NCBI GenBank assembly: GCA_041665345.1
Contig: JBAYJA010000001.1
Coordinates: 393,206 to 457,205, forward strand
Source of the DNA: Patescibacteria group bacterium
Lineage (GTDB): Bacteria; Patescibacteriota; Patescibacteriia; PEXW01
Reading direction: 5' to 3'
DNA: 64,000 nt
The position numbers were made by a program, and so were the translations under genes. Positions 35,820 through 44,401 of this stretch are shown piece after piece (position 1 is the stretch's first letter; the number at the start of each line of letters is the position of its first letter). The notes under the pieces were generated by a model. The model saw only the letters and a program-made list of their open reading frames with translations, was not told the origin of the DNA and did no database searches.

Positions 35820-37787
35820 ATGGCAATAAGATATCTCATTAATGCAGATGGCAGACCCTTCGATACTGAGGAACTCAAGGTGCTTCGTCAGTCCCTTGAA
35901 AGGCTTGATGACACAAAACGTGCTGAATATAGGAATGCGAATGCAGCGGCGATAGCCCAATTGATCGGATCAAATGACTTGATTGTGTCGGGTCCAGGAA
36001 CTGGAAAAAGCCATCTGTTTCTAGAGAGAATCGATGCTTGGTACACGAACGACAACGACGCTGAAGTTATTGTAACAACTTTCGTACGCAAGCTCGTTGC
36101 GGATTTACAAGGCGACATACAACAGGACACGAAGCTTTCAACTGAACAAAAGAAGAAAATAACAGTTTCGACACTTCACAGACTAGCTCGAAGCGTTCTA
36201 GAAGAAAATGGTGGTACCCAGGAGTGGCCGTTTGAAAGGTATATTCGAATCATTGGTCAATCTTGGAAGACTGTTGTTTGGGCCGATGCCCTTGCTCTTT
36301 CATCGGTTCAAGAGGACGCTGAGTACACGTGGAGTGCGTTTGAAGAGCAACTACATACCGCAATTCCAAAGACGACTGGTGAATGGAAGACGATACATTA
36401 CTCATACAATACTTTGTGCAAATTTTATAACGCTGCTGGCTTCGCTGATCTCATTACTAGAGCACGTGATGCCTTGCAAGAGAACGCAACTCTGATTGAG
36501 CCATCTTACTATATCGTGGATGAATATCAGGATTTCAACGAGGCAGAGAATCAGTTCATTAGTCGACTTACGCAGAACGCTAAGGAATTGCTGATTGTCG
36601 GAGATGACGAGCAAGTGCTCTATGAGAAACTTAAGTCGGGGAACGCTGCGCTTATTCGAGGACGCTATAAGGACGAGAAGATTGTTAACGCAATGTTACC
36701 GTTTTGTGGACGCTGTAGTTATCACATCACTAAAGCTGCAGACGCTTTCATCTCACAGTCTGCGGATGCGAACAGAATTGAGAAGCTCTACCTTCCAATT
36801 AAAAGTCGGGACGATAAACCGAAAGTGCAAGTCGTTGCATGTGCTACACCATCAGCAGCGATCGACTACCTTTCGAAATTCGTCAAGGATCATAAACTGG
36901 AAATCGAAGCGCGAATGAAAGAGTTAGCCGAAGGAACGAAGAAAGACGCTTTCCTGTTAATTCTTTCGCCGTCGCGTGGCGCAACGTTCTTGGGAAAGGA
37001 TAACGTTGGAGAACTCGAGAAATTGATTGCACCGTTTCGTGGTGAGGGGCATGGTTTTGACAGTGACTACTATAGACTACTAGCCTACTATTCGGTTGCA
37101 AAGAATCCCAACGGGAACTTCGCTTTCAGGAAAGTCATGTTCTATGAGAACCTCTCTCCAGAGAGATCTGTAGAGTTGATTGAAAAGGCATTAGCAAACG
37201 GTGTCCATCTTTGCGATCTTGATGACGAAGAAATCGTTGACATTAATAAGAAATGTTTGCAGGTAAAAGCAATCCTGGATGAATTGTCGGATATATCTAA
37301 GTCGCTCAATCTACTTAGCAAAATTTTAGGTGAGTTGAACAAAGAGGCACTTCTTCTCGACCTGGAAAATAGACCGATAAAAGAGCATGAAATTGCCACT
37401 TTGGAGGAAGAGGCTGATGACGCGGCAGAAGTATCGGAGCTTCAGGCGGGTTCAATGAGTGCTGTTGAATTCCTCACTATAGTTGGGTCCAAAGGGTTGT
37501 CGGCAGACAATGTTATCATCTTAGGGTTTGACAATGTGAACATGAGCTACACAACTCAAAATGCTTTCTATGTTGCAGTAACTCGTGCGAGAGAAGGTCT
37601 ACATTTGTTAACGGCGCTGCAGGCGCGTGGAGCGAGTGCAGCTCACGGCTTCTTGGAGCGACTCCCAGACGATAATACAGATTTCAAGTCTTACAAGAAG
37701 ACCGGCGGAGTCTTGTCGGATCTTGGGTCAAAGCAGGGGTTTAAGGATTACTTAGGAAAGCTGGTTTATGCGAGGAATAGGCGTTAG
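35820..37787 (+). CDS. stand-alone UvrD/REP-like superfamily-1 helicase (656 aa) in a low-GC segment
   Basis: Motif I GPGTGKSH, II IVDEYQDF, III IVGDDEQ, V TIVGSKGLSADNVIIL, VI YVAVTRAREGLHLL. A Cys cluster FCGRCSYH sits in an insertion between motifs. RBS AAAAGGAG precedes the ATG at 35820. Confidence 0.75.
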   Translation: MAIRYLINADGRPFDTEELKVLRQSLERLDDTKRAEYRNANAAAIAQLIGSNDLIVSGPGTGKSHLFLERIDAWYTNDNDAEVIVTTFVRKLVADLQGDIQQDTKLSTEQKKKITVSTLHRLARSVLEENGGTQEWPFERYIRIIGQSWKTVVWADALALSSVQEDAEYTWSAFEEQLHTAIPKTTGEWKTIHYSYNTLCKFYNAAGFADLITRARDALQENATLIEPSYYIVDEYQDFNEAENQFISRLTQNAKELLIVGDDEQVLYEKLKSGNAALIRGRYKDEKIVNAMLPFCGRCSYHITKAADAFISQSADANRIEKLYLPIKSRDDKPKVQVVACATPSAAIDYLSKFVKDHKLEIEARMKELAEGTKKDAFLLILSPSRGATFLGKDNVGELEKLIAPFRGEGHGFDSDYYRLLAYYSVAKNPNGNFAFRKVMFYENLSPERSVELIEKALANGVHLCDLDDEEIVDINKKCLQVKAILDELSDISKSLNLLSKILGELNKEALLLDLENRPIKEHEIATLEEEADDAAEVSELQAGSMSAVEFLTIVGSKGLSADNVIILGFDNVNMSYTTQNAFYVAVTRAREGLHLLTALQARGASAAHGFLERLPDDNTDFKSYKKTGGVLSDLGSKQGFKDYLGKLVYARNRR

Positions 37788-38209
37788 TTATCGTCAGAAT
37801 TGCAATATTAGATTGTCCAACAAAGCGTTCAGGATATTCAATGCTGTGGAGAGTTATCCCCAACTTTGCGTAAAAGGAGTTCTTTTCGACAATTGATCTC
37901 CAAAGTGGACGAGACTATGATGCTTTCATCGCTGAATCCGTGGCACGCGAAATTTCTAAGCTCTCCAGCGTCTGTTTGAACGTGGGTCGACCGGGGTTTA
38001 ACAGGTAAAAGGTTCGAACATCCTTCACCAGGGTGAACCAGAAAAATATGTGGACTCCAATGTAACATGGGGTTGCTTTAGTTATTATTCGAAATTGTGG
38101 TTCGAACCGAAGTGTATTTCTGATTTTTAAAAAACACGCATGATGGATGTTGTTGACAACCCTCGAAAACTGCGCGAGGCTGAAAGTATCTCATTAACCA
38201 AGCAAACGT

Positions 38210-38947
38210 ATGGATTCCACACCATCGAGTCAGCCAACCCCCAAGAAGCCAAGTAGTACCCTAAACTGGGCTATTTTGGTGGTTATTCTCGTGGTAGCTG
38301 TTGCTGGGGCCATCTACGCGGTAACGCGAAATACTTCTACATCGAACAGCAATGACAATACTAACGTTGTTCTCAACCAGAACACGAATGTCGTAGCTAA
38401 TTCAAATACTGTCTTGAACACGAATACTGTCGCAAATGCCAATTCGACTATAAACTCCAATGCTAACGCTGCGAACAATTCGAATACAAATACCTCTGTA
38501 AGCACAGCTGGGTGGAAGACGTATGAGAATAGTGCCTGGAAGTTTTCTTTTAAGTACCCCAAAGAATGGACATTTATCCGCGATTTGTTACCCAAGACAA
38601 CTAAGGATGGAACATCACCAACAGAGAATTTACTCATTGGTTTACCGATAGCAGATAATCAGGATGCCCGTCCTTCCATCAATATCATAATAAATCCAAG
38701 TGGATTCGGACCAATTTTCCCCGACTTGGTGTATACAATTAAAAAAGCAGCAACAGGCTTCGCCATTGTTGAAGAGAAAACAGTTACTACCGATGCGGCC
38801 ACCGAGCCTGGCTTCTACCAAATTCAAGCAATAACTTCGTCAGATTCACAAGTCTTTGATATATTTTTTAGCACAAACGAAAAGGATAAAGACACATGGG
38901 CTCCGCTAGTAAAAACAATCTTATCCACATTTCGATTCACAAACTAA
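38210..38947 (+). CDS. membrane-anchored protein with an Asn/Ser/Thr-rich low-complexity linker and a C-terminal globular domain
   Basis: TM helix, then SNSNDNTNVVLNQNTNVVANSNTV..., then a conserved-looking domain. Confidence 0.5.
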   Translation: MDSTPSSQPTPKKPSSTLNWAILVVILVVAVAGAIYAVTRNTSTSNSNDNTNVVLNQNTNVVANSNTVLNTNTVANANSTINSNANAANNSNTNTSVSTAGWKTYENSAWKFSFKYPKEWTFIRDLLPKTTKDGTSPTENLLIGLPIADNQDARPSINIIINPSGFGPIFPDLVYTIKKAATGFAIVEEKTVTTDAATEPGFYQIQAITSSDSQVFDIFFSTNEKDKDTWAPLVKTILSTFRFTN

Positions 38948-39021
38948 GCATCAGCAAAGAGGTAAAAAGTAATTTGAAAATTGAGACATAAAAAACAAAA
39001 AACCTGAAAGGAGAAACAGTA

Positions 39022-41718
39022 ATGAAGAAATTGTTGTTCTTGGTGTTGGCGATAATGATTGCTTTCACAAGCAATGTTTATAGCCACGATGGAGTTCCTG
39101 AAGCTAGTACAGGCTTCAGGCAACCGCTAGATAACTACAATTATAGTGGTTATCACTACAATGAGTGGTCAGACGTATCAGGGTGTTACCATCCCGGTTC
39201 TGACTACAACGGTGCAAATACTTCTGGGGATGGAGACCTCGGCAAGGACGTACTTGCAGTAGCAAATGGTAAAGTTGTTGACATAGTAACCAATGCCTCT
39301 TTTGGGCTCTGCATGACTATTGAGCATAGATACTACGATACAACTGTTTACAGTCAGTATGCCCATCTCCAAAGTACGTTGGTCTCGGAAGGTGGTAACG
39401 TTACAAAGGGGCAGCATATTGCCGAACTAGGCAATTCTGGTACATCTTGTGGCACCAACAACGCACACTTACATTGGGAGATTAGAAAAAAGGAGAATGA
39501 TGACGCGCACACCGCTGATTGGTGGAACACGTCATCATTTCAGTCGAGAACCAATGTAAAGAATGGGTACGAAGATGCTACTCTCTGGTGTTCTCATCAC
39601 GCGTCATACGAAGATATTCAAGCCAAATTCGATGACGTGAAGCAGAGGAACGGTGGCACCTCAACGGTTGGGTCTAACACCAACGCTATACACTGGTATG
39701 GTGCCTACTTGCGGCAGGACTTCTCTGGTGGTTCATATGGTACCTGCTGCATCATGTTCGACCCGTACAACCAGGTGTATAACCCAGCTGCGACGAACGA
39801 AGCATACCTGCTCCGTACCGGCTTCTACAGCTACTACATCAACAATGGCGGATGGGGAGCAAGAGGTTGCCCCTCCCGTGACGAGTACACCACCGGGGAC
39901 GGAACGAATTCCATCCAGTTCTTTGTTCGACGCGTCTGGAATGCAACGAAGGGTGGGTATCATGATGTGGGTATATGGGAAACCCAGTTCCACTATATGT
40001 ACTACGACCCGACGCCACCGCAAGGGAACGACGTCATCGAGTGGTACTCGACCTACGCCACAGACTGGGTCTCCCAAACTCCGGGCGGCGTGACGACCAT
40101 GGTCCAAGGTTCCAGCCAGACGTTTACCGTGCACTTCAAGAACACGGGCACGACGACCTGGTACAACAATCTCAGTGCGTACCCGTACGACTACATTTCC
40201 CTGAAGTCCGCAGACCCGAGTGGGAACACGGCCGTGAGCCTCCTGAACAACCCGTATAATGGGAACCTCGGCTGGCTCAATGATCAGACCCCCTGCACCA
40301 TGCAGGAAGCTTCGGTCGCACCCAACGGCACAGCGACTTTTACCTTCACCGGTATGGTGGCCCCTGACCGGCAGTTGGGGCTCATGGACGTGTACTTCCG
40401 CCCCTCACATAGTCTTGCAGGTTTGCTTGACGGCTGGGACGGCATGCACTTCCAGGTGAACGTCGTTGCGGCGCCAACCACGCCACTCACGTACATGACT
40501 GGCCCCGCACCAGATGCGACGATTGCAGGGATGATTGCGAGTAGGAAAACCACCCCGCTGAACAACAAAAACCCGTACGGCTTCTGGCAGAGCCCGCAGC
40601 AAGTGAGCGGCGGGTTCAATGCCACGTACTGGTGGTACGACTACAGTACAACCGAGGCGTACATGCCAGACTACACCTCGAGAATCTGCTACGTCTCCGT
40701 TGCCACGGGTCAACCCGGTGCAATCGTCCACGACGTGTACGGGGCTGCCCGGCAGTCCTTCTACGTGGGCTGGTGGCCGTGGGATCACTGGGCGCACATG
40801 GGCTGGAACTGCGGTGCCTGTCCGAATCCGGCCGGTACCCAAGTAACTAACCAGGGCGGGCCCTACTCCTGCCTGGGCATGCCCATTACCAATTTGTACC
40901 GACCCACGCCGAACGAGGGCTACGGACGTCAGGACTTTCAGCGTGGGTACATCATCAACGGCGTGATTTACTGCTACGACCACATCACGGCGTTCACCCC
41001 CGGCTGGACCGCGAGCGGTTGGAACCAGTTCTGGTCGTACGCCATCACGGACTGCTACGACCGCTACGGTGCTGCGGCTGGTCTGGGTCACGCGACGCAA
41101 CTGGTGAACGAGAACTGGGACGGCACGGGCTACAAAATCCAGCCGTTCGACGGCGGGATTTACGGGTCTATCATGCTCGTGTACAACCCCAACGGGCCGA
41201 GTGAGGCGTACGGTGTTTCCGGCAGCTTCCTGTATGCGTACACCATGGCCCTCGACGGCAGCGGGGTCCGCATCTCCACGCGGATTGGTTCGCCCACCGA
41301 AGCTTTCTCCGGCAACCGGCAGCAGTTCCAGTCTGGGTACATGACCATTAACTACGGGACGAACGAGACCTTTGTGTACCTGAACGACAACACCGAAATC
41401 TGGAACAGCCAGACCGGCGCGCACCTGGGTAAAGTCGCGCAGACAGCGCTCCCGAGTGTGTTCGCTGTTGGGCAGAACTACCCGAACCCATTCAACCCGG
41501 CAACAACAATTGCCTATACTCTCCCGAGCGCCACGCACGTAACCCTGGATGTGTATAACATCCTCGGCCAACGTGTAGTAACGCTTGTGGATGAACAGCA
41601 AACAGCGGGTGAGCATACCGCTACTTGGGATGCTAACCCCTACTCTTCCGGTGTGTACTTCTACCGCCTCCAGGCTGGAGAAGCCACGGAGACGAAAAAG
41701 ATGCTCTTACTGAAGTAA
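39022..41718 (+). CDS. secreted M23 (LytM) peptidase fused to W/Y/G-rich repeats and a C-terminal T9SS sorting domain
   Basis: M23 motifs HPGSDY...H...HLHWE. Repeats of the G..Q.F..GY type. C-terminus QNYPNPFNP...GVYFYRL...KKMLLLK matches the Por/T9SS CTD. GC jumps near 39650. Confidence 0.7.
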   Translation: MKKLLFLVLAIMIAFTSNVYSHDGVPEASTGFRQPLDNYNYSGYHYNEWSDVSGCYHPGSDYNGANTSGDGDLGKDVLAVANGKVVDIVTNASFGLCMTIEHRYYDTTVYSQYAHLQSTLVSEGGNVTKGQHIAELGNSGTSCGTNNAHLHWEIRKKENDDAHTADWWNTSSFQSRTNVKNGYEDATLWCSHHASYEDIQAKFDDVKQRNGGTSTVGSNTNAIHWYGAYLRQDFSGGSYGTCCIMFDPYNQVYNPAATNEAYLLRTGFYSYYINNGGWGARGCPSRDEYTTGDGTNSIQFFVRRVWNATKGGYHDVGIWETQFHYMYYDPTPPQGNDVIEWYSTYATDWVSQTPGGVTTMVQGSSQTFTVHFKNTGTTTWYNNLSAYPYDYISLKSADPSGNTAVSLLNNPYNGNLGWLNDQTPCTMQEASVAPNGTATFTFTGMVAPDRQLGLMDVYFRPSHSLAGLLDGWDGMHFQVNVVAAPTTPLTYMTGPAPDATIAGMIASRKTTPLNNKNPYGFWQSPQQVSGGFNATYWWYDYSTTEAYMPDYTSRICYVSVATGQPGAIVHDVYGAARQSFYVGWWPWDHWAHMGWNCGACPNPAGTQVTNQGGPYSCLGMPITNLYRPTPNEGYGRQDFQRGYIINGVIYCYDHITAFTPGWTASGWNQFWSYAITDCYDRYGAAAGLGHATQLVNENWDGTGYKIQPFDGGIYGSIMLVYNPNGPSEAYGVSGSFLYAYTMALDGSGVRISTRIGSPTEAFSGNRQQFQSGYMTINYGTNETFVYLNDNTEIWNSQTGAHLGKVAQTALPSVFAVGQNYPNPFNPATTIAYTLPSATHVTLDVYNILGQRVVTLVDEQQTAGEHTATWDANPYSSGVYFYRLQAGEATETKKMLLLK

Positions 41719-41737
41719 CTCAACCTAAAACCTTAAC

Positions 41738-41770
41738 ACGCCCTGCGGACACAATCCGTGGGGCGTTTTT
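41738..41770. terminator. bidirectional intrinsic terminator ACGCCCTGCGGA...TCCGTGGGGCGT with a T5 run
   Basis: GC-rich stem with a U-tract between convergent genes. Confidence 0.55.
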
Positions 41771-41795
41771 CTATTGTAGCGTTTGCGCTCAGAAA

Positions 41796-43199
41796 TTACT
41801 CGACCCAGGCCGCATTCATACACGGTTCTATGGTTTGTGTGTTTTTCGTTTGTAGTGAATAAATGTCGCACTTCCTCTGCCCAGAGTCTGGGTTGAACCC
41901 CTGGAGCAGGATGTTTGTACTATTCGCTGACCATACGGCATCAATGTTGCCACCCAAGGGCTCGAGGGGGTAGTTAGCGAACAGTTGCTCTCGCGTATTG
42001 TTCCTGAGGTCGAGGAGGTAGATGTCAGCTTTCGGGCTATTGCCCGCCGTTGCGAAGATGTTGTGTGCTTGGAAATCCGTAAAGTTAATCGACGACGCGG
42101 CGTAGACAATCTTTGTCTTGTCAGGTGCGATGCGCCAGAAGATATCCCAGTAGTAATCTTCAGGAACAATAGGTCTTTCTTGGCCTGATGCAGTCGTCAC
42201 CCTGATGATCCGATAATCTCCGATTTTATTCTCGACACGGGCGAGTATTGTCTGGTTATCGAGCCAGCCAAGGAGGTAGGCTCGTTCATTCTTGTAAAGC
42301 TGATTGACGGTGTATGTTTGTAAATTCAAGACGACAATTCCCTTGCCACAATTATCAATAGCGAGCTGATTGTTGTCTGGTGAAAAGTATTTACTGCCGT
42401 TCCACCAGTACTGCTGACTATATCGGGACTCATCAAACTGGCATATGGGTGTGTCGGTATCGTAGGTGGAGTACGGGCTAAACTGGATGCTTATTGGTTC
42501 ATTCTTTTGATTCAGGAATTTTTTCTCTGTACCATCCCCGATATCAAAGGCGTAAATATTGGTATTCTTCCCAGTAGGTTTTTCGTTTTTAGTGTAAAGA
42601 ATACTTTGCACGTCTGGGGTCCAATAGGATGAGCTAATCGGACTGGGCAATGTTATGGTCTTCTGGGTAAAGGTTGTTGGGTCGATACTGTAGATGGTGC
42701 CTTTGTCGCGATCGGTCAAGAAGTACGTCCGTTTATCGAGTTCGCCGATTCTCCCAGCGTTCTCGGGATTGAATACACCTATTTTTTGTAAGGCTGAATT
42801 ATCAAGGGGATTCACCCGCACAAGGCTTCGCTGCACCGGTTTTGAATACGGTGCGATATCCTCAATGTACGTTAAAGTTGCGTCACCGTTAATTTCCATG
42901 CTACTCGGGACAACCCATGGATTCTTTAGATCGAAGCTACCAACCCCTGGGGAGTTCAAAAAATAGATTTTGCTATACAGCGTCTGCATTTGATCCTTGT
43001 CGTAGTATTTGTACACAATTTTCTTAACTTGGTCATTCAATAATAACCCTTGAATACTCTCACTGGACGACGCGTTCGTGTTGTCTACGCTATGAACTTT
43101 TTGCTGCAGCAAAAAATACCCGCCCAGAACTAGAGCCAGGATAACCATTCCAAAGACTACAGTGAGGGCTCGCTTCAATGGTTTCGATAGATTTTTCAT
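41796..43199 (-). CDS. membrane-anchored WD40/TolB-like beta-propeller protein
   Basis: N-terminal TM helix; repeated DG/WSPD-like blades; low GC. Confidence 0.55.
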   Translation of the reverse strand: MKNLSKPLKRALTVVFGMVILALVLGGYFLLQQKVHSVDNTNASSSESIQGLLLNDQVKKIVYKYYDKDQMQTLYSKIYFLNSPGVGSFDLKNPWVVPSSMEINGDATLTYIEDIAPYSKPVQRSLVRVNPLDNSALQKIGVFNPENAGRIGELDKRTYFLTDRDKGTIYSIDPTTFTQKTITLPSPISSSYWTPDVQSILYTKNEKPTGKNTNIYAFDIGDGTEKKFLNQKNEPISIQFSPYSTYDTDTPICQFDESRYSQQYWWNGSKYFSPDNNQLAIDNCGKGIVVLNLQTYTVNQLYKNERAYLLGWLDNQTILARVENKIGDYRIIRVTTASGQERPIVPEDYYWDIFWRIAPDKTKIVYAASSINFTDFQAHNIFATAGNSPKADIYLLDLRNNTREQLFANYPLEPLGGNIDAVWSANSTNILLQGFNPDSGQRKCDIYSLQTKNTQTIEPCMNAAWVE

Positions 43200-43277
43200 C
43201 TCTCAGTATGAGTTACGAACACACCTACAGACTAACCCCGTCTCGGCTGTGAGTCAATTTGGTTGCCGTTATTAGCA

Positions 43278-43320
43278 CTGGCGGAAGGTGTAGGATTCGA
43301 ACCTACGAGGGGTTTGAGCT
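43278..43320 (-). other. tRNA-like 3' fragment on the minus strand (T arm GTAGG-TTCGAAT-CCTAC, acceptor 3' strand ACCTTCC, G, CCA); no intact 5' half
   Basis: Reverse complement reads ...GTAGGTTCGAATCCTACACCTTCCGCCA. A matching GGAAAGT lies ~150 nt upstream with one mismatch. Confidence 0.35.
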
Positions 43321-43458
43321 CTAATGGGGCGTTTTTCTGTTCAGCAATGCAGGCCTGAAACAATGTTGAGTAGGGTGTGGGGTATCTTACAGAGCTACTG
43401 TTTGTAATCAAAAATTAGACTTTCCGCTCAATGCATCGGTTCTAACGTCGTCCAGCAA

Positions 43459-43606
43459 TCGGAACCAGCTCGTTTCGTGCTCACAGTTCCGCGTGACGCG
43501 TTTTCGCGCATCCCGCTCCACCGTTCACACGAAGCCTCGCTTTGCCCCACAGACGCGTGCTCACCACGAAGACGTGGTTGCGCGCCACATCTGTGGGGAC
43601 CCCAGA
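43459..43606 (+). ncRNA. copy 1 of a ~145-nt structured repeat that begins right after a CCA (candidate ncRNA/tRNA-linked element)
   Basis: Paralogous to 43900-44045. Nested helices CCCCACAGA/TCTGTGGGG and CCACG/CGTGG show compensatory changes in copy 2. Confidence 0.4.
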
Positions 43607-43765
43607 AGAAGTAGAGAATGGCTTTATTGCCTGATTCTCCCACACAATTGACAGTTTTTGATACTCACGTTATCCTCTTTGTGTATGCAACACACTCGTA
43701 ATAATAATTGCACAGAAATTTCCCGACAAACGCCGGTGTAGTCTTGCATACGTAGAAACATCTTA

Positions 43766-43788
43766 CCCGGCGAATGTCGCCGGTTTTT
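43766..43788 (+). terminator. intrinsic terminator CCGGCGA-ATG-TCGCCGG with a T6 run
   Basis: Perfect 7-bp stem with a U-tract ~115 nt after a TTGACA...TATCCT promoter-like pair. Confidence 0.55.
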
Positions 43789-43795
43789 TGTTATT

Positions 43796-43826
43796 TCCTC
43801 CTGCGCGAAAGCTTCGGAGGACAATG
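43796..43826 (+). repeat. HP2-type hairpin repeat TCCTCC-TGCGCGAAAGCTTCG-GAGGACA directly upstream of tRNA-Asn
   Basis: Same stem sequence and AAGCTT-containing loop as the other six copies. Confidence 0.45.
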
Positions 43827-43902
43827 GTCCGGGGTAGTTGAGTTGGCACAACGCCGCGCTGTTAACGCGGATATCGCAGGTTCGAGTCCTGCCCCCGGAG
43901 CC
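43827..43902 (+). tRNA. tRNA-Asn (anticodon GTT)
   Basis: Acceptor UCCGGGG/CCCCGGA, anticodon loop CUGUUAA, discriminator G, CCA encoded; pattern matches the E. coli tRNA-Asn ends UCC...GGAGCCA. Confidence 0.85.
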
Positions 43903-44045
43903 AGCTCGTTTCGCGCTCAGAGCTGCGCGTATCCGGTTGCTACCGAATCCGCTCCGCCCGTCGCGCGAAGCCTCGCATTACCCCACGAACGCGTGCTCAC
44001 CCCGCAGACGGGGTTCCGCGCCACATTCGTGGGGGCCCCAAAGAT
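43900..44045 (+). ncRNA. copy 2 of the ~145-nt structured repeat; its first three bases are the CCA of tRNA-Asn
   Basis: Helices CCCCACGAA/TTCGTGGGG and CCCCG/CGGGG covary with copy 1. Confidence 0.4.
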
Positions 44046-44169
44046 TTGGACGATCCTGCATCCCGTCGAATTTATTCTGTCGAATGACAGGATGACGGGG
44101 CTCGCTTGACCCCAAGAGGGGTACAACCTTGGCGCTGAGGAGTTTTTGTGTTACACTTTTTGTACAATT

Positions 44170-44396
44170 TCATACGTATCAAGAGTGCTGGGGAGGGATC
44201 TCGCCCGCGTGCATCACAAGGTGCACATGACCCAGCCGACAACCTGTCACTTGTTTCGCCCCACGGCATGCCGTGCACCCGAGCGAAGCGAGTGGTGCAC
44301 GGTGCCACTTCGAGCCCCTCGTGGGGGAGATACCAAACACGTCTGCTGACGTCCTCCCTGTACGAGTGACGTCATCTTTTTTCGCTCCAACGCATC
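44170..44396 (+). promoter_or_regulatory. SAM-I (S-box) riboswitch with a terminator expression platform, upstream of metK
   Basis: UAUCAAGAGUGCUGGGGAGGGAUCUCGCCCG...GACCCAGCCGACAACC...GGUGCCACUUCGAG...GGAGAUACC matches the SAM-I core (P1 UAUC/GAUA, GA motif, GCAACC-like). A terminator GACGTC-N14-GACGTC-ATC-T6 follows, and a -10 TACAAT lies just upstream. Confidence 0.65.
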
Positions 44397-44401
44397 TTCC
44401 T

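Noticed and set aside
38097-38111. attR-like repeat of the tRNA-Gln T arm
   Set aside because: Only 12 of 15 matches and no flanking acceptor sequence; too weak to call a feature (mentioned within the helicase-island finding).
40405-41616. 403-aa minus-strand ORF
   Set aside because: Antisense shadow of the GC-rich M23/T9SS gene; no start context or motifs; the plus-strand product has strong domain evidence.
43278-43425. Possible tmRNA or intron-containing tRNA on the minus strand
   Set aside because: Only a T arm and acceptor 3' strand are tRNA-like. No tmRNA 5' GGGG acceptor, tag ORF or pseudoknots could be found; most likely a tRNA 3' fragment.
43200-44400. Multiple 60-110-aa ORFs on both strands
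   Set aside because: GC-rich non-coding region occupied by a tRNA, structured repeats and a riboswitch; none has start context.
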